NCBI GenBank assembly: GCA_963614595.1
Contig: CAVECL010000002.1
Coordinates: forward strand, 5,689 to 69,688
Length of the DNA stretch: 64,000 nucleotides
Reading direction: 5' to 3'
DNA from: Parasutterella excrementihominis
GTDB lineage: Bacteria; Bacillota_I; Bacilli_A; RFN20; CAG-826
A program made the position numbers and the translations under genes. Numbering within the stretch: position 1 is the stretch's first letter; the number at the start of each line of letters is the position of its first letter. This document shows positions 17,383 through 28,060 of this stretch, in pieces. The notes below the pieces were generated by a model that was not told the origin of the DNA, did no database searches, and saw only the letters and a program-made list of their open reading frames with translations.

Positions 17383-17508
17383 GGGAATAGATTAGCAAAG
17401 TTTGCCCGTGGAGGTTTAGGAAAGCGGTTAGTTTTGGCCAATAAACAAAAAGATATGGCTTCTTTTTGCCTCGCGCCTAGAATGAGAGGGATTTTTAGGA
17501 GCGACAAC

Positions 17509-19407
17509 ATGAAAACAAGAATCCAAGATGACCTCTACCATGCGGTGAACGGGGAGTGGCTGGAGAAGGCCGTCATCCCAGATGACCGGCCCACGTGCGG
17601 CGGGTTCTCCGACCTCAACGAGAACGTAGAGAAAACCCTGAGGGCGGACTTTGCTTCCTTCGCCAAAGGCGAGAAGGAAATCCCATCCCCCGAAGTTGGC
17701 GAGGCCGTGAAGCTCTATGGCCTTTATTTGAATGTCGAAAAGAGAAACAAAGACGGCATTTCGCCGTTGCTATCCTCTTTGAAGATGATTCAAGACGTCA
17801 AATCCGTGGATGATTTAAGCGCAAAAGCCAAGGATTTTGAGCTTGCAGGCATCCCTCTCCCCTTCAACTCCGGGGTCACGGAAGATATGAAGGATGCGAC
17901 GAAATATTGCTTCGTCTTGCTTGGCCCGAGCACCATTTTGCCAGATACCTCTTATTACGCGGAGGGAAACGAGGCCGGGAAGCAACTCCTTGCCGTCTAT
18001 TCTCAGATGGTCGCTTCTCTTCTTGCCATGACCCCCTTAAGCGAAGAGGAGCAAAAGACATATTTGAAGGATTGCCTGGCTTTTGATGAGCTGGTTGCGA
18101 AACAAGTGAAGAGCCAAGTCGAATGGGCGGATTACGTGAAGAACCATAATCCGATGGACCTGGAGAAAGTGGAAGGCTATATGAAACCTTTCTCCTTCAA
18201 GACGTATCTCGCTTCCATCTTCGGAGACAAAACCCCTTCCATCATCGTGGTTTACGATCCGAAGGCCATCGAGAATTTCTCCGCTTATTTCAATGAGAAG
18301 AACCTCCCCTTGTATCTGCACTGGGCCTATTGCAAAGCTTTGCTCTCCGGGGCGAAATATTGCTCCGAGCAAACCCATGAGATCTCCACGATCTATAACC
18401 GCACCTTGATGGGCGTCCCCAAAGACCCTGTTTTGGACAAGCAGGCCTATCAGCTTTGCTCCAATTTGTTCTCCGATCCCATCGGCATCTATTATGGCAA
18501 GACCTATTTCGGGGAAGAAGCGAAGAAAGACGTCGTTTCTTTGGTAAGGAAGATCATCGAGACATACAAAGGCAGAATGGCTAAGAATTCCTTCCTCAAA
18601 GAAGCCACGAAAGAAAAGGCGATCCTCAAGCTTTCGACCATCGAAATCAAGATGGGCTATCCCGACAAAGGCGATCCTTTTTACTCCTCTTTAAGAGTCG
18701 ATGAAGACGCTTCGCTTTTGGACAACATCACCAAAATCGGCGCAAAAGCCGTGCAAAGAGACTGGGATAAGCTTTACTTGCCGGTTGATCGCAGCCGTTG
18801 GGGAATGCCTGGCCATATGGTCAACGCCTGCTATAACCCCTCCGCCAACGACATCACTTTCCCCGCGGCGATCCTGCAGAAGCCCTTCTATGGCCTAGAC
18901 CAAAGCGAAGAAGAGAACCTTGGCGGCATCGGCGCGGTCATCGGGCATGAAATCAGCCACGCTTTCGATAACAATGGCGCCTCTTTTGACGAGACCGGCA
19001 GCCTCAACAATTGGTGGTCGGAAAAAGACTACGCTGCCTTCAACGCCCTCACGAAGAAGATGATTGAGGAATTTGACGGCATCGATTTCTATGGCGGCAA
19101 GGTCAACGGGACCCTCACCGTCAGCGAGAACATCGCCGATAACGGCGGCGTAGGAGTCACCCTCGAGATCATGAAATCCATCCCGAATGCGGATTATTCG
19201 AAATATTTCAAGAACTGGGCGAAAGTCTGGTGCATGAAGGGCAAGCCTCAATACATCCAATACCTCTTGGTCAATGACGTCCATGGTCCCGCGGAGCTCC
19301 GGGCGAACATGCAGCCTAGGAACTTTGCCGAATGGTATTCCACCTTCGATGTGAAGGAAGGGGATGGCATGTATCTCGCCCCTGAAAAACGCGTTTCCAT
19401 TTGGTGA
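17509..19407 (+). CDS. pepO: M13 family neutral endopeptidase (PepO-like)
   Basis: Motifs: VIGHEISHAFD (HExxH), NACYNPSANDITFPAAILQ and ENIADNGG. The ATG at 17509 follows TAGGAG. The longer listed ORF (from 17272) would overlap the divergent phosphatase gene. Confidence 0.9.
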   Translation: MKTRIQDDLYHAVNGEWLEKAVIPDDRPTCGGFSDLNENVEKTLRADFASFAKGEKEIPSPEVGEAVKLYGLYLNVEKRNKDGISPLLSSLKMIQDVKSVDDLSAKAKDFELAGIPLPFNSGVTEDMKDATKYCFVLLGPSTILPDTSYYAEGNEAGKQLLAVYSQMVASLLAMTPLSEEEQKTYLKDCLAFDELVAKQVKSQVEWADYVKNHNPMDLEKVEGYMKPFSFKTYLASIFGDKTPSIIVVYDPKAIENFSAYFNEKNLPLYLHWAYCKALLSGAKYCSEQTHEISTIYNRTLMGVPKDPVLDKQAYQLCSNLFSDPIGIYYGKTYFGEEAKKDVVSLVRKIIETYKGRMAKNSFLKEATKEKAILKLSTIEIKMGYPDKGDPFYSSLRVDEDASLLDNITKIGAKAVQRDWDKLYLPVDRSRWGMPGHMVNACYNPSANDITFPAAILQKPFYGLDQSEEENLGGIGAVIGHEISHAFDNNGASFDETGSLNNWWSEKDYAAFNALTKKMIEEFDGIDFYGGKVNGTLTVSENIADNGGVGVTLEIMKSIPNADYSKYFKNWAKVWCMKGKPQYIQYLLVNDVHGPAELRANMQPRNFAEWYSTFDVKEGDGMYLAPEKRVSIW

Positions 19408-19712
19408 TTATTTGGAGCTAGCCTAACCCTTGCGAAAACCAAAGGGATTTTCGTTTTGGAAGAAGGCCGTCTCGCGGCGAAGACAAGCGCTGGTTGAGAT
19501 AAATTGCTTCATGCCGTTTTGCATGCAGCTTCTTTGACTTGCGCGAAAGCATATCGCGCGTCTTTTCCATCACTAATGTTTCGTGCACGCATGTGCGCAT
19601 ATGGGAGAAAAAAGGAACGAAATAGCACATTTTCTATACTCTATCGTTTTCGGCTTCGCTCATAATAATTGCAAATAGGGGCCCAAGCCCCATTGAAAGG
19701 AAAACTTAAGAC

Positions 19713-21521
19713 ATGGAATCTAAATCTCGTCTTATTGGTGGATATCCCGTTATCGGCATCCGCCCGACCATCGACGGCAGAAGAGGACCTCTCAAAGTCA
19801 GAGAATCTTTGGAAGACCAGACGATGGGCATGGCTATCGCGGCCAAGAAATTGCTTGAGGAAAACATCCGTTACAGCGATGGGTCGCCGGTTAAGGTCGT
19901 CATTGCCCCTTCGACCATCGGCCGCGTCCCTGAGAGCGCTGCCTGCGCTGAATATTTCAAAAAAGAAGGCGTCGACATCACTTTGACCGTCACTCCTTGC
20001 TGGTGCTATGGCGCGGAGACCATGGACATGGATCCGATGACCATCAAAGCCGTTTGGGGATTCAACGGCACCGAGCGTCCTGGCGCGGTTTATCTTGCCT
20101 CCGTCCTTGCCACTCACGCCCAAAAAGGCCTTCCTGCCTTTGGCATCTACGGCCATGAGGTTCAGGACAAAGACGATACCAGCATCCCTGACGACGTCAA
20201 AACCAAAATCCTCCGTTTTGCCCGCGCCGCGGTTGCGGCTGCCACTCTCCGTGGCAAGAGCTACCTCCAGATTGGCTCCGCCACCATGGGCATCGGCGGT
20301 TCTCTCATGAACTATGACTTCATGGAAGAATACCTCGGCCTTCGCGTCGAAAGTGTCGACGAAGTCGAAATCATCCGCCGCATGACCTTGGGCATCTATG
20401 ACCATAAGGAATATGAGCGCGCCCTTGCTTGGGTGAAAAAGAACTGCCATCCTGGCATCGACAAGAACCCCAAAGAGCTGCAGCGCAGCGCCGAGCAAAA
20501 AGAAAAAGACTGGGAATTCACGGTCAAGATGTGCTGCATCATCAAAGACCTCTACAACGGGAACAAGAACCTCCCCGAAGGCTGCGAAGAAGAAGCCCTT
20601 GGCCACAACGCGATCGTCGGCGGCTTCCAAGGCCAGCGTCAATGGACCGACTTCTATCCCAACTGCGACTTCCCTGAAGCGATCCTTAATAGCACCTTCG
20701 ACTGGGTCGGTGCGAGAGAGCCCTATACCCTCGCTACCGAGAATGACACTCTTAACGGCATCGGCATGCTCTTTGAACGCCTCCTCAATGGTCGCGCTTC
20801 CATCTTCGCCGATGTCCGCACTTATTGGTCCGGCTCCAGCGTCAAGCGCGTCACTGGCTACGACATCGAAGGACACGCCAAAGAAGCGGATGGCTTCCTC
20901 CATCTCATCAACAGCGGCGCCCAGTGCATCGATGCCTGCGGCGAAGTCACCGATAAGAATGGCAACCACGTCATGAAGCCCTGGTGGGAGATGACGGATG
21001 AAGACATCAAAAAGTGCATGGACGCCACCACTTGGCCTTATGCCGATCTTGGTTATTTCCGTGGCGGCGGATATAGCTCACGCTATCTAACCCGCGCCGA
21101 AATGCCGATGACCATGATCCGCCTCGACATCGTGAAAGGCCTTGGTCCGGTTCTCCAGATCGTCGAAGGCTATAGCATCCATCTTCCTGATGAAGTCAGC
21201 GACACCCTTTGGAAGAGAACCGACTACACTTGGCCCTGCACCTGGTTCGCCCCTCGCTGCAACGGCAAAGGCTACTTCACCAGCGCCTACGAGGTTATGA
21301 ACCATTGGGGCGCCAACCACGGCGCCATCACCTATGGCCACATCGGTGCGGATCTCCTCACCCTTGCCTCCATCCTTCGCATCCCCGTCGCGATGCATAA
21401 CGTCGATGACAAAGACGTCTATCGCCCCGCCTCTTGGGGACTATTCGGAAGCGATCTCGAAGGCCAAGACTACCGCGCTTGCGAAGCTTATGGGCCGATG
21501 TATAAAAACATCCGCAAATAA
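19713..21521 (+). CDS. fucI: L-fucose isomerase
   Basis: Similar along its full length to E. coli FucI as I recall it. Shared blocks include [77 protein letters not shown] and GQDYRACE. Confidence 0.97.
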   Translation: MESKSRLIGGYPVIGIRPTIDGRRGPLKVRESLEDQTMGMAIAAKKLLEENIRYSDGSPVKVVIAPSTIGRVPESAACAEYFKKEGVDITLTVTPCWCYGAETMDMDPMTIKAVWGFNGTERPGAVYLASVLATHAQKGLPAFGIYGHEVQDKDDTSIPDDVKTKILRFARAAVAAATLRGKSYLQIGSATMGIGGSLMNYDFMEEYLGLRVESVDEVEIIRRMTLGIYDHKEYERALAWVKKNCHPGIDKNPKELQRSAEQKEKDWEFTVKMCCIIKDLYNGNKNLPEGCEEEALGHNAIVGGFQGQRQWTDFYPNCDFPEAILNSTFDWVGAREPYTLATENDTLNGIGMLFERLLNGRASIFADVRTYWSGSSVKRVTGYDIEGHAKEADGFLHLINSGAQCIDACGEVTDKNGNHVMKPWWEMTDEDIKKCMDATTWPYADLGYFRGGGYSSRYLTRAEMPMTMIRLDIVKGLGPVLQIVEGYSIHLPDEVSDTLWKRTDYTWPCTWFAPRCNGKGYFTSAYEVMNHWGANHGAITYGHIGADLLTLASILRIPVAMHNVDDKDVYRPASWGLFGSDLEGQDYRACEAYGPMYKNIRK

Positions 21522-21562
21522 GCAAAATCTTAATATCGTTTTCTGATATAAGCAGTCGACTA

Positions 21563-21588
21563 GGCTTCTCCTTGCGGGGGAGCCTTTT
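21563..21588 (+). terminator. Rho-independent terminator after fucI
   Basis: GGCTTCTCC-TTGC-GGGGGAGCC followed by TTTT (two G-U pairs in the stem). Confidence 0.6.
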
Positions 21589-21660
21589 CGCTTGCAACCG
21601 CACAAAAATGCTACTGGCAGGCATTTAGATGAAAGCCCTTTCATTTAAACTAAACTCGAT

Positions 21661-24579
21661 ATGAAAAAGATTTTTCTTTTTATTGCCCTTGGCTTTGCCT
21701 CCCTTGTGGCTGGCACTATCGCGGTAAAGGCGAAAGGCGTATCGACTTTCGCTAATACCATCACTTCCGGCGGGAATTGGGTCCACTACAAACAAAAGGA
21801 AGCCACTTCGACGGAAAATGGCATTCGCGAGTATTGGGTTGCCTGCGGCTTGAATCAGTATCAGTTCACCTCCCCCGATTCTAAAAACATCCGCGAAGCC
21901 ACCTCTTACGATACCTCTGGCTTCGCAGAGAACGACCCTCGCTGGATCAAGTGGATAAACGAAGACTCTTTGGCCTTCTACGATTCTTCCGTCGGTAATG
22001 TGGACTGCTCTGAAATCAGCCAAATAGACGGGAATTGCAAGGTTTTTGGGAATTTCAACTTCGAAATCGGCCGCAAAACCCGTATAAACATCGCAAAGGA
22101 TAATGACTCGCCCATCTATTCCGTCATGGCCTTGGCGGTTAGCAAAGTGATTGATAGCAACGAGGATTTGAGCAGCTTCGCAAAGTCGATTGAAGCGAAA
22201 AACGACGACGGCTATTACGTCATCACCGCGGATTTGGATTCCCCTACCGCTTTTGTTAACACTCTTGCTTCGGAGTGCTATTTCTCTGGCACCATTGATG
22301 GGCGAAATCATACGATTAGCAATCCGATTGCTTGGGGTAATCGCCTGTTGGGGCAAGTCAAAGGCGCGACCATCAAAAACCTTAATTACAAAGACGTTTC
22401 CGTTTTCTCCATTCTCGCCTCCTCAATAAAAGACACCATGATCGAGAACTGCTCTTTCAAGGCAGCTTCGGCTCTCAATCCCGCTTCTGGAGTTGGCTTT
22501 CTTTGCGACGCTATGTATAGCGGCGTCTGTTTGAAGGACGTGACGATCGATTTCGGCGGAGCCTCCTCAAAAATAAGCTGGAACGACTCTTTGGTCCCGG
22601 CGATCGCCAAAGAGAACGCTTCGACTTTGGAGAATCCAGTCACCTATGAGAACGTCGTTTTCCATGGGCTGAACTCGACCGATATGTATTTAAAGGATAC
22701 CCAAGGACGTGCTTTGCGGCCTGATGGCATTACTTATGAAAGCTCTTATCCATTCTTGGAAAATGGCGCGTCCTCCTATTCTTTGGCCTATCTTTCTTCA
22801 AGCGCTGAGGCCAAGACCGCGGCGAGTTATGTCCAAGGGAAACTTGCTGCCTCAACCGGAGTCACCTTGCCTTTAGTCTCTTTTGAGCAAGCCAGCGTCG
22901 ATGAAGATCATAAAAGGGCATATATCTATTTTGGGGATTCAACCTTAGCTGCTTCCTATGGGACGAGCGTTCCTGATGCAAAAGGTTCATTTACTTTATT
23001 CACAGGAGGCAAGGGAATCTTCCTTTTCTCGACTGACACGATGGGATATCAAGCGGGCGCTTTGAAGCTTCTTGAGGAGCTTGTTGGCTATCGCTACGTC
23101 GGCGATCAAACCGAATCGTTCACTTATACGAAGGGAACGTCAATCGATTTGCCTTATCTAAGGCTAAGCTACACCCCTTCCTTTGGGCTTCGCAAATGCG
23201 ATTGGAGCGATGGCAGCGATGGAGACATGTACTCTTGGGGCTATAACCAAGGTTACGGGGATTACAGCTATTACATCCCTGCTCCAGCGGTAGGAACGTT
23301 GAGCGGCGAGTATTTTCATACCTCCATTCGCGCGCTTTATCCTGGAACTTATTACGCGGATCACCCCTCTTGGTTCGCGGAGAGCGAATCGGGCGGGAAT
23401 TACGGGGATAATTATTTGCTTTGGCAGCTTTGCTACACCGCGCATGGAAATAGCGATGAGTATCAGGCTATGGTGAATCAAGCCGCGACTTACGTGATGT
23501 GGCTTTATAACACGCGCACGAACAAGAATGTGAAGACCTTCTTATTCGGGATCGCGGATAACGGCAATATCTGCCACTGCTCCGCTTGCAATGCCGGCGT
23601 CGCGAAATATGGCTCGATCGCGGGAACGGTTCTTAATTTCGTGAACGACCTCCGTGATTTGGTGATACCCAAATTGGATGAGGCGGAACAAAAAGAAGCC
23701 AGCATCGGTTTCTTTGCTTACGGCGGGTATGAAGAAGCCCCAATCATCAACGACGCTCCAACCATTCGAATGAAAAACAACGTTTTCTGCCTGGTTGCGC
23801 CCATCAACGCGAATTACACCTATCCTTTAACGGATTCCTGCAACGCCTCGTCGAAAGCTATGTTTGACGATTGGACCAGAATCGGCGACGTCTCCGCTTG
23901 GCTTTACGACACGAACTTCATGTATTACCTCTTCCCGCTGAATTGTTTTGAAGCCAACCACGACAACCTTGTTTATCTTAAATCCAAAGGGGTAAAGATG
24001 GTTTATTTGCAAGGTCAGCATACCGCCGCGCAACCTCGGACCGCTTTCGGCGCCTTCAAGAAGTTTTTGGCGGGCCGCACGATGATGGACGTTAGCCAAA
24101 GCTATGCGTCTTTGAAGAATGAGTTCTTCTCCTCTTATTACGGGGAAGCAGGCGGCCTCATGGAACAATTCTTTGATGAAATGGTTTCTCGATGCGTTTC
24201 CATTGAAACCAATTCGAAGTTCCATGACGACCTTTATAATTTAGAAACCTCTTACGGCAAAACCGTGTTTGAGCAAATCGCAAATGGGAATTTCTGGGAT
24301 TTCGACGAGACAAAGAGCTGGGCTGATTTATGCGACACGGCTTACGCGATGGCTACCTCTTCCTCGGCGAAGCGCCATATCAAAATCGAGTCGGTTTTCC
24401 CTCGCATGGCGTTATGTGAGTTGTGGAAAGCCGTCAAATGGGGACTTTTCGATGGCAGCAGCAAGCTAAAGGCGTTCCGCCAATCCTTCAAGGCCGACTG
24501 CGAAGAGCTTGGGATCACGACTTATAGAGAATCCGGAGTACAGCTCAGCTATTTCTATGAACAATGGGGCATTGCCTAG
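21661..24579 (+). CDS. Secreted DUF4838-domain protein (GH20-like glycan-active family) with a ~330-aa N-terminal extension
   Basis: N-terminal signal peptide. The central and C-terminal part contains the Cys cluster ...ADNGNICHCSACNAGVAKYGS... and surrounding blocks typical of DUF4838. Confidence 0.65.
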   Translation: MKKIFLFIALGFASLVAGTIAVKAKGVSTFANTITSGGNWVHYKQKEATSTENGIREYWVACGLNQYQFTSPDSKNIREATSYDTSGFAENDPRWIKWINEDSLAFYDSSVGNVDCSEISQIDGNCKVFGNFNFEIGRKTRINIAKDNDSPIYSVMALAVSKVIDSNEDLSSFAKSIEAKNDDGYYVITADLDSPTAFVNTLASECYFSGTIDGRNHTISNPIAWGNRLLGQVKGATIKNLNYKDVSVFSILASSIKDTMIENCSFKAASALNPASGVGFLCDAMYSGVCLKDVTIDFGGASSKISWNDSLVPAIAKENASTLENPVTYENVVFHGLNSTDMYLKDTQGRALRPDGITYESSYPFLENGASSYSLAYLSSSAEAKTAASYVQGKLAASTGVTLPLVSFEQASVDEDHKRAYIYFGDSTLAASYGTSVPDAKGSFTLFTGGKGIFLFSTDTMGYQAGALKLLEELVGYRYVGDQTESFTYTKGTSIDLPYLRLSYTPSFGLRKCDWSDGSDGDMYSWGYNQGYGDYSYYIPAPAVGTLSGEYFHTSIRALYPGTYYADHPSWFAESESGGNYGDNYLLWQLCYTAHGNSDEYQAMVNQAATYVMWLYNTRTNKNVKTFLFGIADNGNICHCSACNAGVAKYGSIAGTVLNFVNDLRDLVIPKLDEAEQKEASIGFFAYGGYEEAPIINDAPTIRMKNNVFCLVAPINANYTYPLTDSCNASSKAMFDDWTRIGDVSAWLYDTNFMYYLFPLNCFEANHDNLVYLKSKGVKMVYLQGQHTAAQPRTAFGAFKKFLAGRTMMDVSQSYASLKNEFFSSYYGEAGGLMEQFFDEMVSRCVSIETNSKFHDDLYNLETSYGKTVFEQIANGNFWDFDETKSWADLCDTAYAMATSSSAKRHIKIESVFPRMALCELWKAVKWGLFDGSSKLKAFRQSFKADCEELGITTYRESGVQLSYFYEQWGIA

Positions 24580-24614
24580 TCTTTCCGTCCCTTAATTAAG
24601 GTACAATACCCCTC

Positions 24615-26765
24615 ATGGAAATCGTTCAATATCTCTCCTCGACCTTAAACATCGCCCCCGCTCAGGTCGAAGCGGTTCTTCGCCTCCTCGCGGAAGGAGG
24701 CACGGTCCCTTTCATCGCCCGTTACAAAAAGGAAGAGACGGGGAATCTAAGCGACGTCACTCTTCGCGCTTTCGAAGAAGAGAAAGCCAAATTCGAAAAA
24801 CTCGAAGATCGCAAAGCCACGGTTTTGAAGAGCATCGAAGAGCAAGGAAAGCTCACCCCTGAATTAAAGGAAGAGATCCTCTCTTGCACCGTCCTTTCCA
24901 CCCTTGAGGCCATTTACCGCCCTTATAAGCCAAAGAGGAAGACCAGAGGATCCGTCGCGAAGGAAAAAGGGCTGACTCCACTCGCCGAATATATCTTGAA
25001 GCAAGGAGGAAGCCTTTCTTCTTTATCTGAGTACGCGAAAACCTTCATCAACGAAGAGAAAGGCGTGAAGAACGAAGAAGAGGCCATGCAAGGCGCGAAA
25101 GACATCATCGCCGAGCAAATAAGCGACAACCCCTCCTACTATCTTTTCGCGAAGTCCTATATTTATAAAGCGGGCAAAATCACGTCGAAAGAAACGAAGG
25201 AGGATGAGGATCAGAAATACCTCACCTACAACAATTTCACCGTTCAGGTGAATCGAATCAAGCCCCATCAGATTTTGGCGCTTTCCCGCGGCAAGAAAGA
25301 AAAGAAACTCACCTACTCCTTTCTTTATGACGAGGTCACCATTGAAAACCAAATCGCCCGCGAGCTTATCAAAAGAGGCAGCCCCTTCAACGATATCCTA
25401 AGAGAGACGATTGAAGACTCCTACAAACGTTTGATGGGTCCTTCTTTGGAAAATGAGGTCAATTCCGAACTCTTTGAGAAGGCGGAGGATGCTTCCCTCA
25501 TCCTTTTCTCGAAAAACCTCAAACAGCTCTTGCTTGATTCTCCGTTGAAGGGAAAGCAGATCCTCGGCTTTGATCCGGGGTATCGAAATGGCTGCAAATT
25601 GGCCCTCATTAACCAAAACGGGGCCGTCATCACTTCCTGCATTATCTATCCGACGGTGGGCAAAGAAACCCAGGCGGAAGCGAAGCTTATCGATCTTTAC
25701 AAAAAGTATGGCTATGACGCGATTGCTTTGGGCAACGGCACGGCCAGCAGAGAGAGCGAAGCTTTTTTGAACAGCTTTTTGGCAAAGAACAACATGGGCA
25801 ATGTCGCGATCACCATCGTCAATGAATCGGGTGCCTCCGTTTATAGCGCTTCCCCTTTGGCGGTGAAGGAATTCCCCAACATGGATATCGATGAGCGTTC
25901 CTCCGTGTCCTTGGCTAGGCGCCTTCTTGATCCGATGGCGGAGCTCGTGAAGATCCCTCCTGAGGCCATCGGGGTTGGCCAATACCAACACGACATGGAT
26001 CAAACCCGTTTAAAGCAAACCCTGGGCGACACGACAATCGATGCGGTTAACCAGGTTGGCGTTTGGGTGAACACCGCTTCCATCTCGCTTCTTAAATACG
26101 TTTCGGGCCTCAACGAGAAAATCGCCACTTCCTTAGTCGCTTATCGCGATGAGAATGGGCCCTTCAAGTACAGGAAGGATCTTTTGAAGGTCAAAGGCCT
26201 TGGCGAGAAGACCTTCATGGATGCGGCTGGCTTTTTGCGCATCGACAATGACAATCCCTTGGAACGCACCGCGGTCCACCCAAAGGACTACGAAGCGACT
26301 GAGGCTTTGCTGGAGAAGCTCGGTTTGTCGCTGAAGGATATCGGAACGCCGCGGGGGAATGAAGCCTTAGCCAGGGTCACCAATGTCGCTTCTTTAGCCA
26401 AGGAGCTCAACATTGGCGACTACACCCTTCGCGACATCATCGAAGAGCTGAAGAAACCAGGGCGCGATCCTCGCGAAAAAACGGTTACCGCGAAGCTCGA
26501 TAGCAAAGTAAAAGACATGAAAGACCTTGCGATCGGAATGGTTCTTAACGGCACGGTCAGGAATCTTTCGGACTTCGGCGCGTTCGTTGACATCGGCGTC
26601 CATCAGGACGGTTTAGTCCACATCTCCGAAATCGCGGATCATTTCGTCTCCCATCCAAGCGATGAGCTTCATATGGGCGAGATCGTCACGGTTAAAGTGA
26701 TCGGAGTCGATTTGAATCGCAAGCGAATCTCCTTGTCGATAAAGCAAGTCAAGAAAGCGGAATGA
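24615..26765 (+). CDS. tex: Tex-like transcription accessory protein (S1 RNA-binding)
   Basis: N-terminus AVLRLLAEGGTVPFIARYKKEETG, a YqgF-like core (ILGFDPGYRNGCKLALI), and a C-terminal S1 domain GTVRNLSDFGAFVDIGVHQDGLVHISE. Confidence 0.95.
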   Translation: MEIVQYLSSTLNIAPAQVEAVLRLLAEGGTVPFIARYKKEETGNLSDVTLRAFEEEKAKFEKLEDRKATVLKSIEEQGKLTPELKEEILSCTVLSTLEAIYRPYKPKRKTRGSVAKEKGLTPLAEYILKQGGSLSSLSEYAKTFINEEKGVKNEEEAMQGAKDIIAEQISDNPSYYLFAKSYIYKAGKITSKETKEDEDQKYLTYNNFTVQVNRIKPHQILALSRGKKEKKLTYSFLYDEVTIENQIARELIKRGSPFNDILRETIEDSYKRLMGPSLENEVNSELFEKAEDASLILFSKNLKQLLLDSPLKGKQILGFDPGYRNGCKLALINQNGAVITSCIIYPTVGKETQAEAKLIDLYKKYGYDAIALGNGTASRESEAFLNSFLAKNNMGNVAITIVNESGASVYSASPLAVKEFPNMDIDERSSVSLARRLLDPMAELVKIPPEAIGVGQYQHDMDQTRLKQTLGDTTIDAVNQVGVWVNTASISLLKYVSGLNEKIATSLVAYRDENGPFKYRKDLLKVKGLGEKTFMDAAGFLRIDNDNPLERTAVHPKDYEATEALLEKLGLSLKDIGTPRGNEALARVTNVASLAKELNIGDYTLRDIIEELKKPGRDPREKTVTAKLDSKVKDMKDLAIGMVLNGTVRNLSDFGAFVDIGVHQDGLVHISEIADHFVSHPSDELHMGEIVTVKVIGVDLNRKRISLSIKQVKKAE

Positions 26766-26768
26766 ATT

Positions 26769-26788
26769 GACGGGTTCGCCCGTCTTTT
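26769..26788. terminator. Hairpin terminator between convergent genes
   Basis: GACGGG-TTCG-CCCGTC followed by TTTT, lying between the tex stop (26765) and the stop of the minus-strand gene (26790). Confidence 0.7.
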
Positions 26789-26789
26789 C

Positions 26790-27293
26790 TTATTCTCCAA
26801 TGAGCTTCACTGAAATATAAGGATGGTGAACGCATGAAAGGTATTTCGTTAGGAAATCCTCTGTGGGGACGGAGAGGGTGACGCTATTGGTGCAAGGGTG
26901 AAACCCCAGGGTCTTCTCTTGGAGCAAATCCTCGTCAATCAATAGCTGAATCGCGTTGCTTCGGTCATAAATTAGCCCGAAGGGGTTCGTGCATCCCTTG
27001 AAGCAATGAAGATCTTCGCTTAGCTCATCTTCATTTGCAAAAGAAAGCCTTGCTGAGTTGATTTGTTTGGATAATTCCTTGGTCTTGAAACGTTTGTCAC
27101 CAGGCATCAGCAACAGATAAAACCTCGTATGCTGCTGATTGCACAGAAAGAGATTCTTTGGGACCATTGTTTCTAGTTTTTTCTCAATCTCTGCATATTG
27201 ATCCATGGTATACATGGCTTCGTGTTCCATCTTCTTGAATGGAATAGCGAGGTTCTGCAGTGTTTTTTCAATTTCTTCTTCAAACTCGTTCAT
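26790..27293 (-). CDS. YbaK/ProX-type prolyl-tRNA-synthetase-associated (aminoacyl-tRNA deacylase) domain protein
   Basis: KNLFLCNQQHTRFYLLLMPGDKRFKTKELSKQINSARLSFANEDELSEDLHCFKGCTNPFG matches the YbaK/ProX trans-editing family. Confidence 0.75.
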   Translation of the reverse strand: MNEFEEEIEKTLQNLAIPFKKMEHEAMYTMDQYAEIEKKLETMVPKNLFLCNQQHTRFYLLLMPGDKRFKTKELSKQINSARLSFANEDELSEDLHCFKGCTNPFGLIYDRSNAIQLLIDEDLLQEKTLGFHPCTNSVTLSVPTEDFLTKYLSCVHHPYISVKLIGE

Positions 27294-27328
27294 GAGAAAA
27301 TTATAAGACTTGCCTCTATTTTATTTGC

Positions 27329-27919
27329 ATGGTGTATTCTTACCCCATGAACAACTATCCTGACCTGAACAAAAAGAAACCGTCATTAGAAACTCCGTCT
27401 CTAATTTTGGCTTATCTTCGTGAAGATCAATCCGAGACGATCTTCAACGCTTGGGCTTCGGATTCTACGGTTACCCGTTATTTGACTTGGAACCCTCATA
27501 AAGAAGTGAAAGAAACCGAGCGTTTGCTCCGGCACTGGGTGAGAGATTACGCCGATCCTAGGAATGAAAGATTCGGCCTGTACAAAAAAGAGAATGGTGA
27601 GCTTATCGGGATGATCGACATCGTCTGCTTTGAGAAAGAGGACGGCTGCCCAGCTCTTGGCTATGTCATGAAACGCTCCGAATGGGGGCATGGTTACATG
27701 ACAGAGGCCTTAGGCGCTTTCGCCGATTATCTTTTCTCGCTTGGCTACCCACGTCTTCATATCTCCGCCATGAAAGATAACATCGGCAGCAATCGCGTGA
27801 TATGCAAAAACAGCTTCCGCCTCATTCACTCCTCTCTTCGCGCCTTAGGGCCTTGCAAACAAGACATCATATTAACTCGCAACGACTATGTGAAAGACAA
27901 TCCGAATCTCTCGAAGTGA
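27329..27919 (+). CDS. GNAT family N-acetyltransferase (RimJ/RimL-like)
   Basis: Acetyltransf_3-like pattern: ...TRYLTWNPHKEVKETERLL..., RFGLYKKENGELIGMIDI and WGHGYMTEALGAFADYLF. Confidence 0.75.
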   Translation: MVYSYPMNNYPDLNKKKPSLETPSLILAYLREDQSETIFNAWASDSTVTRYLTWNPHKEVKETERLLRHWVRDYADPRNERFGLYKKENGELIGMIDIVCFEKEDGCPALGYVMKRSEWGHGYMTEALGAFADYLFSLGYPRLHISAMKDNIGSNRVICKNSFRLIHSSLRALGPCKQDIILTRNDYVKDNPNLSK

Positions 27920-28018
27920 GCTTTCGGGGTTCGGCAGCGGTCAATTTCTTAAAAAATTAGCACAGCTTCGATGTTTTTTTATTGGTAAATCCTAATAAAT
28001 TTTGGCGCATCACCCTAC

Positions 28019-28047
28019 AAAAAAGCGTCTCCATTCAAGAGGCGCTT
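28019..28047 (-). terminator. Rho-independent terminator of the aminopeptidase gene
   Basis: The minus strand reads AGCGCCTC-TTGAATG-GAGACGCT followed by a T-run (one mismatch in the stem). Confidence 0.6.
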
Positions 28048-28060
28048 GATGATTTATGCC

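Noticed and set aside
17272-17508. A 79-codon N-terminal extension of the M13 peptidase ORF.
   Set aside because: The extension overlaps the 5' end of the divergent histidine phosphatase gene. M13 homology begins at MKTRIQDDLYHAVNGEW, and that ATG has a ribosome-binding site.
19418-19630. A 70-aa basic ORF on the minus strand in the fucI upstream region.
   Set aside because: It has no convincing Shine-Dalgarno sequence and no recognisable motif, and its composition looks non-coding. It remains only a remote possibility.
19641-20969. A 442-aa ORF on the minus strand.
   Set aside because: It lies fully antisense to fucI, which has unmistakable full-length homology on the plus strand. The antisense product is A/G/D/V-rich low complexity, typical of a shadow ORF in a GC-richer gene.
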